Assembly: GCA_051747585.1 (NCBI GenBank)
Contig: JBNJGH010000008.1
Span: forward strand, 1 to 53,515
Direction of reading: 5' to 3'
DNA from: Candidatus Rifleibacteriota bacterium
GTDB lineage: Bacteria; Muiribacteriota; Ozemobacteria; Ozemobacterales; Ozemobacteraceae
DNA: 53,515 nucleotides
A model generated the notes under the pieces. That model made no database searches. It saw nothing but the letters and a program-made list of their open reading frames with translations, and was not told where the DNA came from. Position 1 is the stretch's first letter; every line of letters starts with the position of its first letter. Of the stretch, positions 38,559 to 46,715 are shown in pieces. The position numbers were made by a program, and so were the translations under genes.

Positions 38559-39371
38559 TTATGATTCGGCTAAGATAGTAGTTCCATAGACAATCGAGGC
38601 AATTTCCTTCATATTCTGGGCAACATATTCAAATGTATTTTTATCGACCTTTTTCAAGCCCGGAATCCAGGAAACTCTGTCTATAACAGAAGAATCTTGA
38701 AGTTTTACGGTTAATTGAGTAGGAGGAGCAATCTGGGGGGGTTCGATCGAATTTATATTTTTAACTGCACGTCGGGTTTCATCTTTTAATGTTTCTACGA
38801 CCCTGTCTGGATGAATACACAATGCACCGTTATTTCCGACCGGGAACTTACTGATAACCATGTGAGTAGAAGGCAGATTGGTTCTTGCCTGTTCTATTGC
38901 CGCCGAATCTCCGGTTACCATTATAGTCGGAACTTTAAATTCACCCGCAATCAAAGAAAGAAGATCAAATTCGCCTACCGGCTGACCAAAAATTTCATAA
39001 TTTATTTTATTGGTAAAAGTGTGTGGAATAACTCCTGAATTTGAACCCGTTTTTACATGCGCACCCAGAATTATCACTCCGGCAAAAGTTTTGTCTAATA
39101 AATCATAGCCGGATTCGGGCCTGAAACCACCACGAATAAGCATAGATTCAGGGGGAAGCTTTTCAGGTATTATGTTCAGCCCATTACCATGGAAATCATT
39201 AACGTATAATTCTTCGACACCCTCCTGTAATGCAGCTTCGCACACAGCTTTAACTTCTCGGGTATATTGCAATCTCGCCGCATTAAAATATGAAGAATCG
39301 CCACCCTCGGTTTGCTCTTTTGAAACAACCCCGGCAACTCCCTCGATGTCTGCAATAATATAAAGTTTCAT
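38559..39371 (-). CDS. M55-family D-aminopeptidase (DppA-like)
   Basis: MKLYIIADIEGVAGV, VNDFHG, GAH, HT, GEF, MVTGD motifs. Confidence 0.88.
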   Translation of the reverse strand: MKLYIIADIEGVAGVVSKEQTEGGDSSYFNAARLQYTREVKAVCEAALQEGVEELYVNDFHGNGLNIIPEKLPPESMLIRGGFRPESGYDLLDKTFAGVIILGAHVKTGSNSGVIPHTFTNKINYEIFGQPVGEFDLLSLIAGEFKVPTIMVTGDSAAIEQARTNLPSTHMVISKFPVGNNGALCIHPDRVVETLKDETRRAVKNINSIEPPQIAPPTQLTVKLQDSSVIDRVSWIPGLKKVDKNTFEYVAQNMKEIASIVYGTTILAES

Positions 39372-39440
39372 AATCAAACCGCCAATCAAGAAATTGTTTA
39401 ATTTAACTTTTTTTCGAACTTATATTATACTCATTTTGCA

Positions 39441-41555
39441 ATGAATGAGCAAAAAAACCGTTTCAAATTAAAAAGTCCTTTTCACTTACGTGGTGACCAG
39501 CCTCTGGCGGTAAAAAAACTGGAAGAATGGGTTAAAGCCGGAAATGACTGCATGACGCTGCTTGGTGTTACTGGTTCCGGTAAAACTTTCAGTATGGCCA
39601 ATGTTATAGAACGAATCCAAAGACCGATTCTGGTGATCACACATAACAAAACCCTCGCAGCACAACTATATACAGAATTCAAGGAATTTTTTCCCGAGAA
39701 TGCAGTAGAATATTTCGTGAGTTACTATGACTATTACCAGCCTGAAGCTTACATACCCTCCTCCGACAGCTACATTGAAAAAGACTCCTCGATAAATCAA
39801 CAAATAGACAGATTCAGGCATTCGGCCACCACTTCACTTTTTTCGCGCCGTGATGTTCTGGCGGTAGCTTCGGTAAGCTGTATTTTTGGTCTTGGTTCTC
39901 CGGTAGATTACTCCAAACTGAGAATATCCCTCGAGTTAGACCAGGAAATCTCCAGGCAGAAATTAATTCGCGAACTGATACAAATTCAATATTCCCGCAA
40001 TGATATGGATTTTGACCGTTCCAGATTCAGGGCTCGTGGTGAAACCGTAGATATTTTTCCTGCTTCCAGCGAGGTTGCCATAAGAGTTAAATTTTTTGGC
40101 GATGAAATAGAAAAGCTTGAAGAGTTTGATCCCCTGACCGGCGAAGTCAGCAAAAAACTTAAACAGGTAGATATTTTTCCTGCTCAACATTTTGTTACAA
40201 CAAAAGAAAAAATGGAAAAAGCCATGGTCAGAATTGAACAAGAAATGAAAGAGCAAATACTTTATTTTGAAAAAAACAATAAATTAATCGAAGCACAGAG
40301 AATTTATGAACGGACAAGATATGACCTCGAAATGATGCGCGAAACAGGCTTTTGCAAAGGCATCGAAAACTATTCCCGCCATCTTTCAGGCCGCAAGGCA
40401 GGAGAACCGCCAGATACTCTGGTAAATTACCTGCCTAAAGACTGCCTCATCATTTTAGATGAATCTCACATGACCGTGCCGCAGCTCAAAGGCATGTACA
40501 GAGGTGACCGAAGCCGAAAACAAACTCTTATTGATTATGGTTTCAGGCTTCCCTCTGCCCTGGATAACCGCTGCCTGACATTTGAAGAATTCCTCGAACT
40601 TAAACGTCCGTTGCTGTTTGTTTCTGCAACGCCCGGCCCCTATGAAATTCAAGCCTCAGAATCACGAATAGCAGAACAACTGATAAGACCCACAGGCTTG
40701 CTCGACCCCAATATTTCTGTAGTCAAGAGTAAGGGGCAAATCGATTATTTGATCAATCAAATAGAAAATAGGCTTGACGTAAACGAGAGGGTTCTTGTGA
40801 CTACCCTGACCAAAAAAATGGCACAAGAGCTTTCGGCTTATCTGACAGAACTCGATATTCCTACAGGTTATCTACATGATGAAATAGATACCCTTGAAAG
40901 AATTGAAATTCTGCGTGATCTGCGAATAGGCAATATTAAGGTTCTTGTAGGCATTAATCTTTTAAGAGAAGGGCTGGATTTACCCGAAGTATCGCTTGTT
41001 GCAATACTGGATGCCGACAAACAGGGCTTTTTAAGATCATCCTGGTCATTGATGCAAACCTGCGGAAGAGCTGCAAGAAATGCAAACGGCCAGGTTATAT
41101 TATTCGGCGATAAGATCACGCCTGCAATGAAATACTGCATAGACGAAACCGCAAGGCGGAGAAAAATTCAGCAGAAATATAACAAAGCCAACGGTATTAA
41201 GCCAAAAACCATCAGCAAAGAGCTTCCCAAATTATTTTTGCCCGGCAGCGAAGATGAGGCGACTTCTATACCAGATATTTCCAGAGATAAACTTAACGAA
41301 GTAGTAAACTCTTTGAAAAAAGAAATGGAAACTGCAGCAGAAAGAATGGAATTTGAAAAAGCAGCAATGATAAGAGATGAAATAATTTCTCTTCAGGAAG
41401 AGAACCTCGAACTGGGAGTATTAACCCAGCTGGGAAAAGCTCTTAAATCTGGCCGCAAAAAGGGCGTGGCGAAAAAACGTGCAATGCGAAATATTTCGCC
41501 GGAAACTGCGAGAAGAACAAAAAACAAAAAGAGAAAAAATAAACCAGGAAAATAA
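39441..41555 (+). CDS. uvrB: Excinuclease ABC subunit B
   Basis: GDQP, LLGVTGSGKTF, HNKTLAAQLY, YYDYYQPEAY, DESH, GINLLREGLDLPEV, GRAARN, C-terminal UVR domain, basic tail. Confidence 0.98.
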   Translation: MNEQKNRFKLKSPFHLRGDQPLAVKKLEEWVKAGNDCMTLLGVTGSGKTFSMANVIERIQRPILVITHNKTLAAQLYTEFKEFFPENAVEYFVSYYDYYQPEAYIPSSDSYIEKDSSINQQIDRFRHSATTSLFSRRDVLAVASVSCIFGLGSPVDYSKLRISLELDQEISRQKLIRELIQIQYSRNDMDFDRSRFRARGETVDIFPASSEVAIRVKFFGDEIEKLEEFDPLTGEVSKKLKQVDIFPAQHFVTTKEKMEKAMVRIEQEMKEQILYFEKNNKLIEAQRIYERTRYDLEMMRETGFCKGIENYSRHLSGRKAGEPPDTLVNYLPKDCLIILDESHMTVPQLKGMYRGDRSRKQTLIDYGFRLPSALDNRCLTFEEFLELKRPLLFVSATPGPYEIQASESRIAEQLIRPTGLLDPNISVVKSKGQIDYLINQIENRLDVNERVLVTTLTKKMAQELSAYLTELDIPTGYLHDEIDTLERIEILRDLRIGNIKVLVGINLLREGLDLPEVSLVAILDADKQGFLRSSWSLMQTCGRAARNANGQVILFGDKITPAMKYCIDETARRRKIQQKYNKANGIKPKTISKELPKLFLPGSEDEATSIPDISRDKLNEVVNSLKKEMETAAERMEFEKAAMIRDEIISLQEENLELGVLTQLGKALKSGRKKGVAKKRAMRNISPETARRTKNKKRKNKPGK

Positions 41556-41556
41556 A

Positions 41557-42186
41557 TTACTTCTGTAATTTTTTTCTTAAGATCGGTTTGCCAAAAATAT
41601 CGAAAGGAAGATCTTCTTTTAATTCAACTCGAATAAATTGAAGCATATCCATACACATTGTTCGCATTTTTTCACTTTCGGTCCAGAAAAGCTTAAACAC
41701 AACTTTCTCTGCTTCTTTTCTTAATTGCTTCAAATCATCAGATTGATGATTCACTTCCAAATTTTCAATGCTGTCGGCAATCTTGAAAAATTCTTCGCTT
41801 AACTTTTCGGGGCCTTCCGGGGAGTCATTGAAACCAAGAGGGAAATCAGGATATTGTTCACAAAATTTTATTTCTCTGGCTATGTAACGCATAAGCGAAG
41901 GTTTTTCTATCAAACCGATTTTTACGGCCAGAAGTTGAGCAGAAAGCCTTTCGCTGGTGGGGTTCTGTTCTTTAATCAGCTGTAAAGCTGCAACCAGATC
42001 ATTTATTCCGAGATAAGCCGAATTAATAAGACCACAAACAAACAGGGTCTTTTTTAATACCGCCTTCTTATCGGGTTTAAGAGGTTCACGATGTGCCTGG
42101 GCAAATTCTGGTGTTACTGCTGGCAAAGTAGCGCTGACTAATATAAATAAGGCCAGAGCTAAACAATATCGAGTTCTTTTATTCAT
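41557..42186 (-). CDS. Hypothetical exported protein
   Basis: 209-aa ORF with signal peptide; no recognisable motif. Confidence 0.65.
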   Translation of the reverse strand: MNKRTRYCLALALFILVSATLPAVTPEFAQAHREPLKPDKKAVLKKTLFVCGLINSAYLGINDLVAALQLIKEQNPTSERLSAQLLAVKIGLIEKPSLMRYIAREIKFCEQYPDFPLGFNDSPEGPEKLSEEFFKIADSIENLEVNHQSDDLKQLRKEAEKVVFKLFWTESEKMRTMCMDMLQFIRVELKEDLPFDIFGKPILRKKLQK

Positions 42187-42364
42187 AGAGTAAATTCCTT
42201 GCAGGGTTGTACATTATTCTATAATTGTATTAATTTAAAATGGTTTTGCCAAGGCTTTTTGCCTATTTTTTCTATCAAATAAATAAAAATTTAATTTACA
42301 TAAAGATTCTTGCTAAACCATCTTATTTCTGATATTTTTTATATATAAGCTATTTGACAATTTT

Positions 42365-42559
42365 ACCCTGCGGTGCACGTGATATTACAGGTTAAATTGA
42401 GCCGACACCTGTAACCTAAAGGGAATCTGTCTCTGTTTCTCACCGGGGCCAGCTTACGAACGGAGTCAAACCCGTTACGAAGTCCCTGATGATTAACAGG
42501 CGGACAACCGTACTATTATAGTCGGGTTCAGTTTTTCTTTTACACGGCAACTGCGGGGT
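42365..42559 (+). ncRNA. ssrS: 6S RNA (SsrS)
   Basis: ~195 nt; closing stem ACCCTGCGG-TGC-ACGTG pairs with CACG-GCA-ACTGCGGGGT; unpaired central bubble; inner stem TGAGCCGAC/GTCGGGTTCA; layout and motifs (TGAxCCGACA, GGGA, CGGGTTCA, ACGGCA) match the 6S RNAs I know; followed by a terminator. Confidence 0.82.
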
Positions 42560-42566
42560 CTAAAAC

Positions 42567-42627
42567 ACAATCGTCAGCTAATCGGTTTAAAAATATTCCG
42601 ATTATAACGGCTGGCGATTGTTTTTTT
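42567..42627 (+). terminator. Intrinsic terminator of the 6S RNA
   Basis: acaatcgtcagct/ggctggcgattgt stem with inner taatcgg/ccgatta, then a T-run. Confidence 0.8.
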
Positions 42628-42654
42628 ATAAAATATCCAGCTTTAAAATATTAT

Positions 42655-42718
42655 AGATTGCTTCTTCGCGATGCTCATTGCAATGACACCCTATTGCGGT
42701 CCCTGAGCGAAGTCGAAG
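42655..42718 (+). repeat. REP-like intergenic repeat remnants
   Basis: agattgcttcttcg...ttgcaatgac (42655-42687) resembles 49109-49178; followed by cggtccctgagcgaagtcgaag. Confidence 0.55.
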
Positions 42719-42789
42719 TAAAGCATTCTAAATGTCTTGAAACGGTTTTAACAAACGAATGGAGAATTACTGATCCTGTTCAAATTTTG

Positions 42790-42818
42790 TTGCTTTTGCA
42801 GAATTATCATTATATCAT
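42790..42818 (+). promoter_or_regulatory. Candidate sigma-70 promoter of the BMC locus
   Basis: TTGCTT-N17-TATCAT ending 9 bp before ATG 42828; no SD sequence present. Confidence 0.5.
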
Positions 42819-42827
42819 TGCTTTACA

Positions 42828-43916
42828 ATGACAAAACGACAGCTACTTATAATCACCGACAGTCATAAAGACAGAAGCCGTTTTTTTGCTTCACCTTTCG
42901 GCTTGAATCCTGAAATAACAAAAATTACAGGGGCTTCTTCTCTGAACTATATTTCATTTTCAGGTTTTAAAAGTATTGTCATTGATTCTCCCGGTCTTTA
43001 CCAGTGCTTAAAAAAGATATCACTTGGAATCCGGGACAGCGCAGACACAGAAGCCTTATGGCGCATTTTAAGCAAAAAATCCCCTGCCCCGGTTTTTTTT
43101 CTGGTTGATCGCAAATCTCCACCAACCAGAGAAATGACCAATCTGGATATAGCTTACATCCTTCCTCTGGAATTAAAAGAGATGGGTCAGAAACTATCTG
43201 ATCGTAACGAACAACTTATTACAACGCCTTCTTCCGGCCCTTCTTCAAATAACCTGCTGACCGCAGATGATATAAGACGAATGCACCGCGAAGGCAAAAG
43301 AACTATTAAATCAGAGCAAAAACTGACGTCATGGGCTAAGGAAGTAGCTGATTCTCTGGGTTTGAGTCAATCCACTCATAATACAAAACTCTTACTGAAC
43401 CTTGGCAAAGCTTCGCCCAAAACTCTAGAGAAAATTAAATCAGATGTTTTTGAACTTTCAACCAGATTTCCGGAAATGCTCTTTGTAGTCAACCCCTTGT
43501 GTATAACTGTTTTTAATAAGCTTTTTCCTTCTTTACAAGGGCGAGTAGTATCAACCAGCATTCACTGGGGCGAAAAAGGAGCTTTTACCGGTGAAACTTC
43601 TGCCGCCATGCTTGCAGATCTTCGCTGTGCCGGCGCGATTTTACCCGCGTCCATGCCATACTGCGAATCCACCAATCTTAAAGCTGTTTTAAATCAGGCT
43701 GCCAAATATAATATTGAGTTATTTTCAACTTTTTCCCTTGCGCCTGGTACAGGCTGTGATATAATTGCCACTGGAATTGCCAATGACGTAGCTTTTTCCA
43801 TGACGCCTCTGTTTGATCGCCAAGGCCTGACAGCAGAGGGGCTGCCTGAAACAAAAGCCGTCATTGAAGATATAAAATTTTTCAGGGAATTGCCCTCACG
43901 GAAAGGACATTATTGA
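42828..43916 (+). CDS. BMC-associated fusion: flavoprotein-like region + EutQ-N-like motif + inactive triosephosphate-isomerase-like domain
   Basis: LKKISLGIRDSADTE (aa 61-75); LLTADDIRRMHREG...LTSWAKEVADSLG (aa 143-178); IHWGEKGAFTGETSAAMLADLRC (aa 245-267) without GHSERR or AYEPVW. Confidence 0.7.
   Translation: MTKRQLLIITDSHKDRSRFFASPFGLNPEITKITGASSLNYISFSGFKSIVIDSPGLYQCLKKISLGIRDSADTEALWRILSKKSPAPVFFLVDRKSPPTREMTNLDIAYILPLELKEMGQKLSDRNEQLITTPSSGPSSNNLLTADDIRRMHREGKRTIKSEQKLTSWAKEVADSLGLSQSTHNTKLLLNLGKASPKTLEKIKSDVFELSTRFPEMLFVVNPLCITVFNKLFPSLQGRVVSTSIHWGEKGAFTGETSAAMLADLRCAGAILPASMPYCESTNLKAVLNQAAKYNIELFSTFSLAPGTGCDIIATGIANDVAFSMTPLFDRQGLTAEGLPETKAVIEDIKFFRELPSRKGHY
43738..43765 (+). promoter_or_regulatory. 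Candidate internal extended -10 promoter upstream of pduL
   Basis: TTGCGC-N16-TATAAT with TGn directly before the -10 (TGaTATAAT). Confidence 0.55.
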
Positions 43917-43919
43917 AGA

Positions 43920-44561
43920 ATGGACGAAAATCAGGTAAAAACCATTGTTGCAGAGGTCCTGAAGCATATTGATCTGCAGGACAGAATACAATCCGGTTCC
44001 ATTCCCTGCGGTGTCAGTAACAGACACTTACACGTATCCCAAAAAGATCTCGAAACACTTTTTGGCACCGGTTATGAACTAACTTCGTTAAAAGATCTTT
44101 CCCAACCCAAACAGTTTGCCGCCAAAGAATGTGTCATGATTGTCGGTCGTAAGGGCGTCATTGAAAAATGCCGCATTCTGGGCCCGGTCAGACCCGCCAC
44201 TCAGATTGAAGTATCAACCACAGACTGCTTCAAGCTTGGGGTTAAACCCACGCTCAGAGACTCTGGCGACATTGCCGGCAGCCCGGGTTGTGTAGTAGTT
44301 GGGCCTAAAGGTTCAGTGGTTTTAAACGAAGGCGTTATTGTAGCTGCACGTCATATTCATATGAGTAATAGAGACGCCGAAAAATTCGGCTTAAAAGATA
44401 TGGACAGGATTGCGGTTAAATCCAGCGGTCCCAAGTCTGTAATTTTTAACAATGTTCTAGTAAGAGCAAGCGATAAATACGCTCTTGATTTTCACCTTGA
44501 TACGGATGAAGCTAATGCCGCCGGAATTAAAAACGGCGACATGGTTGAAATAATTGCATAA
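43920..44561 (+). CDS. pduL: PduL-type phosphate acyltransferase with N-terminal encapsulation peptide
   Basis: GVSNRHLHVS, LSQP.QFA, RILGPVR..TQIEVS.TD, RDSGD, GVIVAARHIHM, FHLDTDEANA; N-terminal amphipathic helix QVKTIVAEVLKHI. Confidence 0.93.
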   Translation: MDENQVKTIVAEVLKHIDLQDRIQSGSIPCGVSNRHLHVSQKDLETLFGTGYELTSLKDLSQPKQFAAKECVMIVGRKGVIEKCRILGPVRPATQIEVSTTDCFKLGVKPTLRDSGDIAGSPGCVVVGPKGSVVLNEGVIVAARHIHMSNRDAEKFGLKDMDRIAVKSSGPKSVIFNNVLVRASDKYALDFHLDTDEANAAGIKNGDMVEIIA

Positions 44562-44594
44562 AATTTACGCTTAATAAAATTTTTGGAGGTTGTC

Positions 44595-44891
44595 ATGCAG
44601 GAAGCCCTGGGTATGATTGAAACTAAAGGATTAACAGCACTTATCGAAGCATCTGATGCTATGGTTAAAGCAGCTAACGTAAATCTCGTCGGCTGGGAAA
44701 AAATCGGTTCCGGTTATGTAACTGCATTCGTAAGAGGCGATGTAGCTGCAGTTAAAGCTGCCACCGATGCAGGCGCCGCTGCTGCCAAGAAAATTGGCGA
44801 GCTGGTTAGCGTACATGTAATTCCACGCCCACACTCAAACCTTGATGACATTATGCCAATCAAGGAAATTACCAGCAGCTCCAAGAAATAA
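44595..44891 (+). CDS. BMC hexamer shell protein (BMC-H, PduA/EutM-like)
   Basis: [12 protein letters not shown]...[12 protein letters not shown]...[13 protein letters not shown]...[11 protein letters not shown] 44595 after GGAGG. Confidence 0.96.
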   Translation: MQEALGMIETKGLTALIEASDAMVKAANVNLVGWEKIGSGYVTAFVRGDVAAVKAATDAGAAAAKKIGELVSVHVIPRPHSNLDDIMPIKEITSSSKK

Positions 44892-44909
44892 TAAGACTGG
44901 AAATAAGCT

Positions 44910-45191
44910 ATGATACTTGGCCGCGTGTGCGGTACAGTTGTTTGTACCCGAAAAGATAAAAGCCTGGTTGGAATGAAGTTTCTTATTGTCGAAGAGTTAG
45001 ATCTCGACACAAAAAAGCCAACCGGAAAACATGTTGTTGCTTTAGACGCGGTAGGTGCAGGAGCCTCAGAGAACGTTCTTGTCGTATCCGGCAGCTCATC
45101 GAGATTAACCGAACGAACTCTCAAAAAGCCGGCTGATGCGGCTGTTTGCGCAATAGTAGATGAGGTTGTATTCGATAAAGAACGTTCCTGA
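44910..45191 (+). CDS. BMC pentamer/vertex protein (BMC-P, EutN/CcmL family)
   Basis: MILGRVCGTVVCTRKD..L.G.KFLIV...VALDAVGAG..E.VLV.SGSSSR...DAAVCAIVD. Confidence 0.95.
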   Translation: MILGRVCGTVVCTRKDKSLVGMKFLIVEELDLDTKKPTGKHVVALDAVGAGASENVLVVSGSSSRLTERTLKKPADAAVCAIVDEVVFDKERS

Positions 45192-45232
45192 ACTTCTGAT
45201 CAATTTGAAATTATAGATTGGAGTCAGCAGGA

Positions 45233-46645
45233 ATGAGTGTTTCAAAAGAAGATTTGAGCCTTATTATTCAAGAAGTAATGAAAAAGCTCAATACTTCTGA
45301 ATTGAACGCTGGAAACGCCCTGCCCAACAACCCCGGGAAAGGTATTTTCACCAGTGTAGACGATGCTGTGGCTGCAGCTGACCAGGCCCAGAAACAGCTT
45401 AGCGACCTTCCACTAGATACCAGAGAAAAAATAATTGCCAATATGCGCAAAAGATCCATGGAAAAGGTCGAAGAGCTTTCCAGGTGTGCAAACAGCGAAA
45501 CCGGGTATGGTCGCATAGACGATAAAATTCAGAAGAATAAACTCGTAATTGAAAAAACACCGGGGCTCGAAGACTTAAAGCCGATTGCCAGTTCAGGCGA
45601 TAATGGCCTTACACTTGTCGAGCAGGCCCCTTATGGAATCATAGGTGCAATTACACCTTCCACTAATCCGACAGCATCTGTGATCAATAATTCTATCAGC
45701 ATGGTGGCAGCCGGAAACGGTGTAGTATTTGCCCCCCACCCCGCTGCTGCAAAATGTAGTCAGTATGCCATGAGTATATTGAACGAAGCAATAGTCGAAG
45801 CAGGTGGTCCGGAAAATTTACTGACGACAGTAGCCACTCCCAGTATAGAAAATGCTCAGAAAATCATGACCCATCCCGGTATCAGGCTTTTAACAGTCAC
45901 CGGAGGTCCCGGAGTGGTAGCCGCCGCTTCCAAATCTCGAAAAAAATATATTGCTGCAGGTCCCGGTAATCCCCCGGCAGTTGTCGACGAAACGGCAAAC
46001 ATTCGCAAAGCGGCAAGAGATATTGTTTCGGGCGCGGGTTTTGACAACAACGTTCTCTGTATTGCAGAAAAAGAAATTATAGTTGTTGATTCCGTGGCTG
46101 ATGAGCTCAAGAAGCACCTGCGTAACAGTGGAGCCTATGAAGCATCTGTCCGGGAAATTATGCAACTTGAAAAAGCATGCATCGATTCTAAATCGGGCGC
46201 ACCAAACCGCAAACTGGTCGGCAGAAATGCTTCGGTAATTATGGAACAAATAGGGGTTCGAATACCAGAGGATACAAGAATTATTCTCTGCGAAGTAGAA
46301 CCTGATCATCCATTTGTGGTTGAAGAATTACTGATGCCTGTTATTCCACTGGTCAGGGTAAGAGATGTTTATGCAGCCATAGACCTTGCAGTCAAGGTTG
46401 AAAACGGCAACTTTCATACTGCGGTTATGCATAGCAAAAACATTGACAATCTTCACCTCATGGCCCGAAAATGCAACTGCTCTATCTTTGTTAAGAATGG
46501 TCCCAGCTATGCAGGACTCGGCTTTGGCGGCGAAGGATGCACAACTATGACTATCGCCTCCCCTACCGGTGAAGGCATTACTACCGCACGATCTTTTACC
46601 AGACAAAGACGTTGCGTTATAGTTGATTCATTCAGAATAGTATAA
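45233..46645 (+). CDS. CoA-acylating aldehyde dehydrogenase (EutE/PduP family) with N-terminal encapsulation peptide
   Basis: PYGIIGAITPSTNPT, TGGPGVV, AGPGNPP, FDNNVLCIAEK (catalytic Cys), ELLMPV, FVKNGPS, TIASPTGEG; EP-like helix DLSLIIQEVMKKL. Confidence 0.94.
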   Translation: MSVSKEDLSLIIQEVMKKLNTSELNAGNALPNNPGKGIFTSVDDAVAAADQAQKQLSDLPLDTREKIIANMRKRSMEKVEELSRCANSETGYGRIDDKIQKNKLVIEKTPGLEDLKPIASSGDNGLTLVEQAPYGIIGAITPSTNPTASVINNSISMVAAGNGVVFAPHPAAAKCSQYAMSILNEAIVEAGGPENLLTTVATPSIENAQKIMTHPGIRLLTVTGGPGVVAAASKSRKKYIAAGPGNPPAVVDETANIRKAARDIVSGAGFDNNVLCIAEKEIIVVDSVADELKKHLRNSGAYEASVREIMQLEKACIDSKSGAPNRKLVGRNASVIMEQIGVRIPEDTRIILCEVEPDHPFVVEELLMPVIPLVRVRDVYAAIDLAVKVENGNFHTAVMHSKNIDNLHLMARKCNCSIFVKNGPSYAGLGFGGEGCTTMTIASPTGEGITTARSFTRQRRCVIVDSFRIV

Positions 46646-46654
46646 TGAAAAACT

Positions 46655-46694
46655 CATATCAACAAAGCCCTCAGGGCTTTGTTGATATGTTTTT
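46655..46694 (+). terminator. Intra-operon hairpin/terminator after the aldehyde dehydrogenase gene
   Basis: Perfect 16-bp stem catatcaacaaagccc-tca-gggctttgttgatatg followed by ttttt. Confidence 0.75.
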
Positions 46695-46715
46695 CTAATA
46701 AGACTGGAAAATAAA

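Noticed and set aside
39415..39430. Possible LexA box (CGAAC...) before uvrB
   Set aside because: Only one half-site; the GTTC half is missing (cgaacttatattat)
43380..43916. Calling the BMC lead gene tpiA or a pseudogene
   Set aside because: Catalytic His and Glu motifs are absent, so it is not a functional TPI. The ORF is uninterrupted and fused to BMC-type motifs, so pseudogene status is unsupported.
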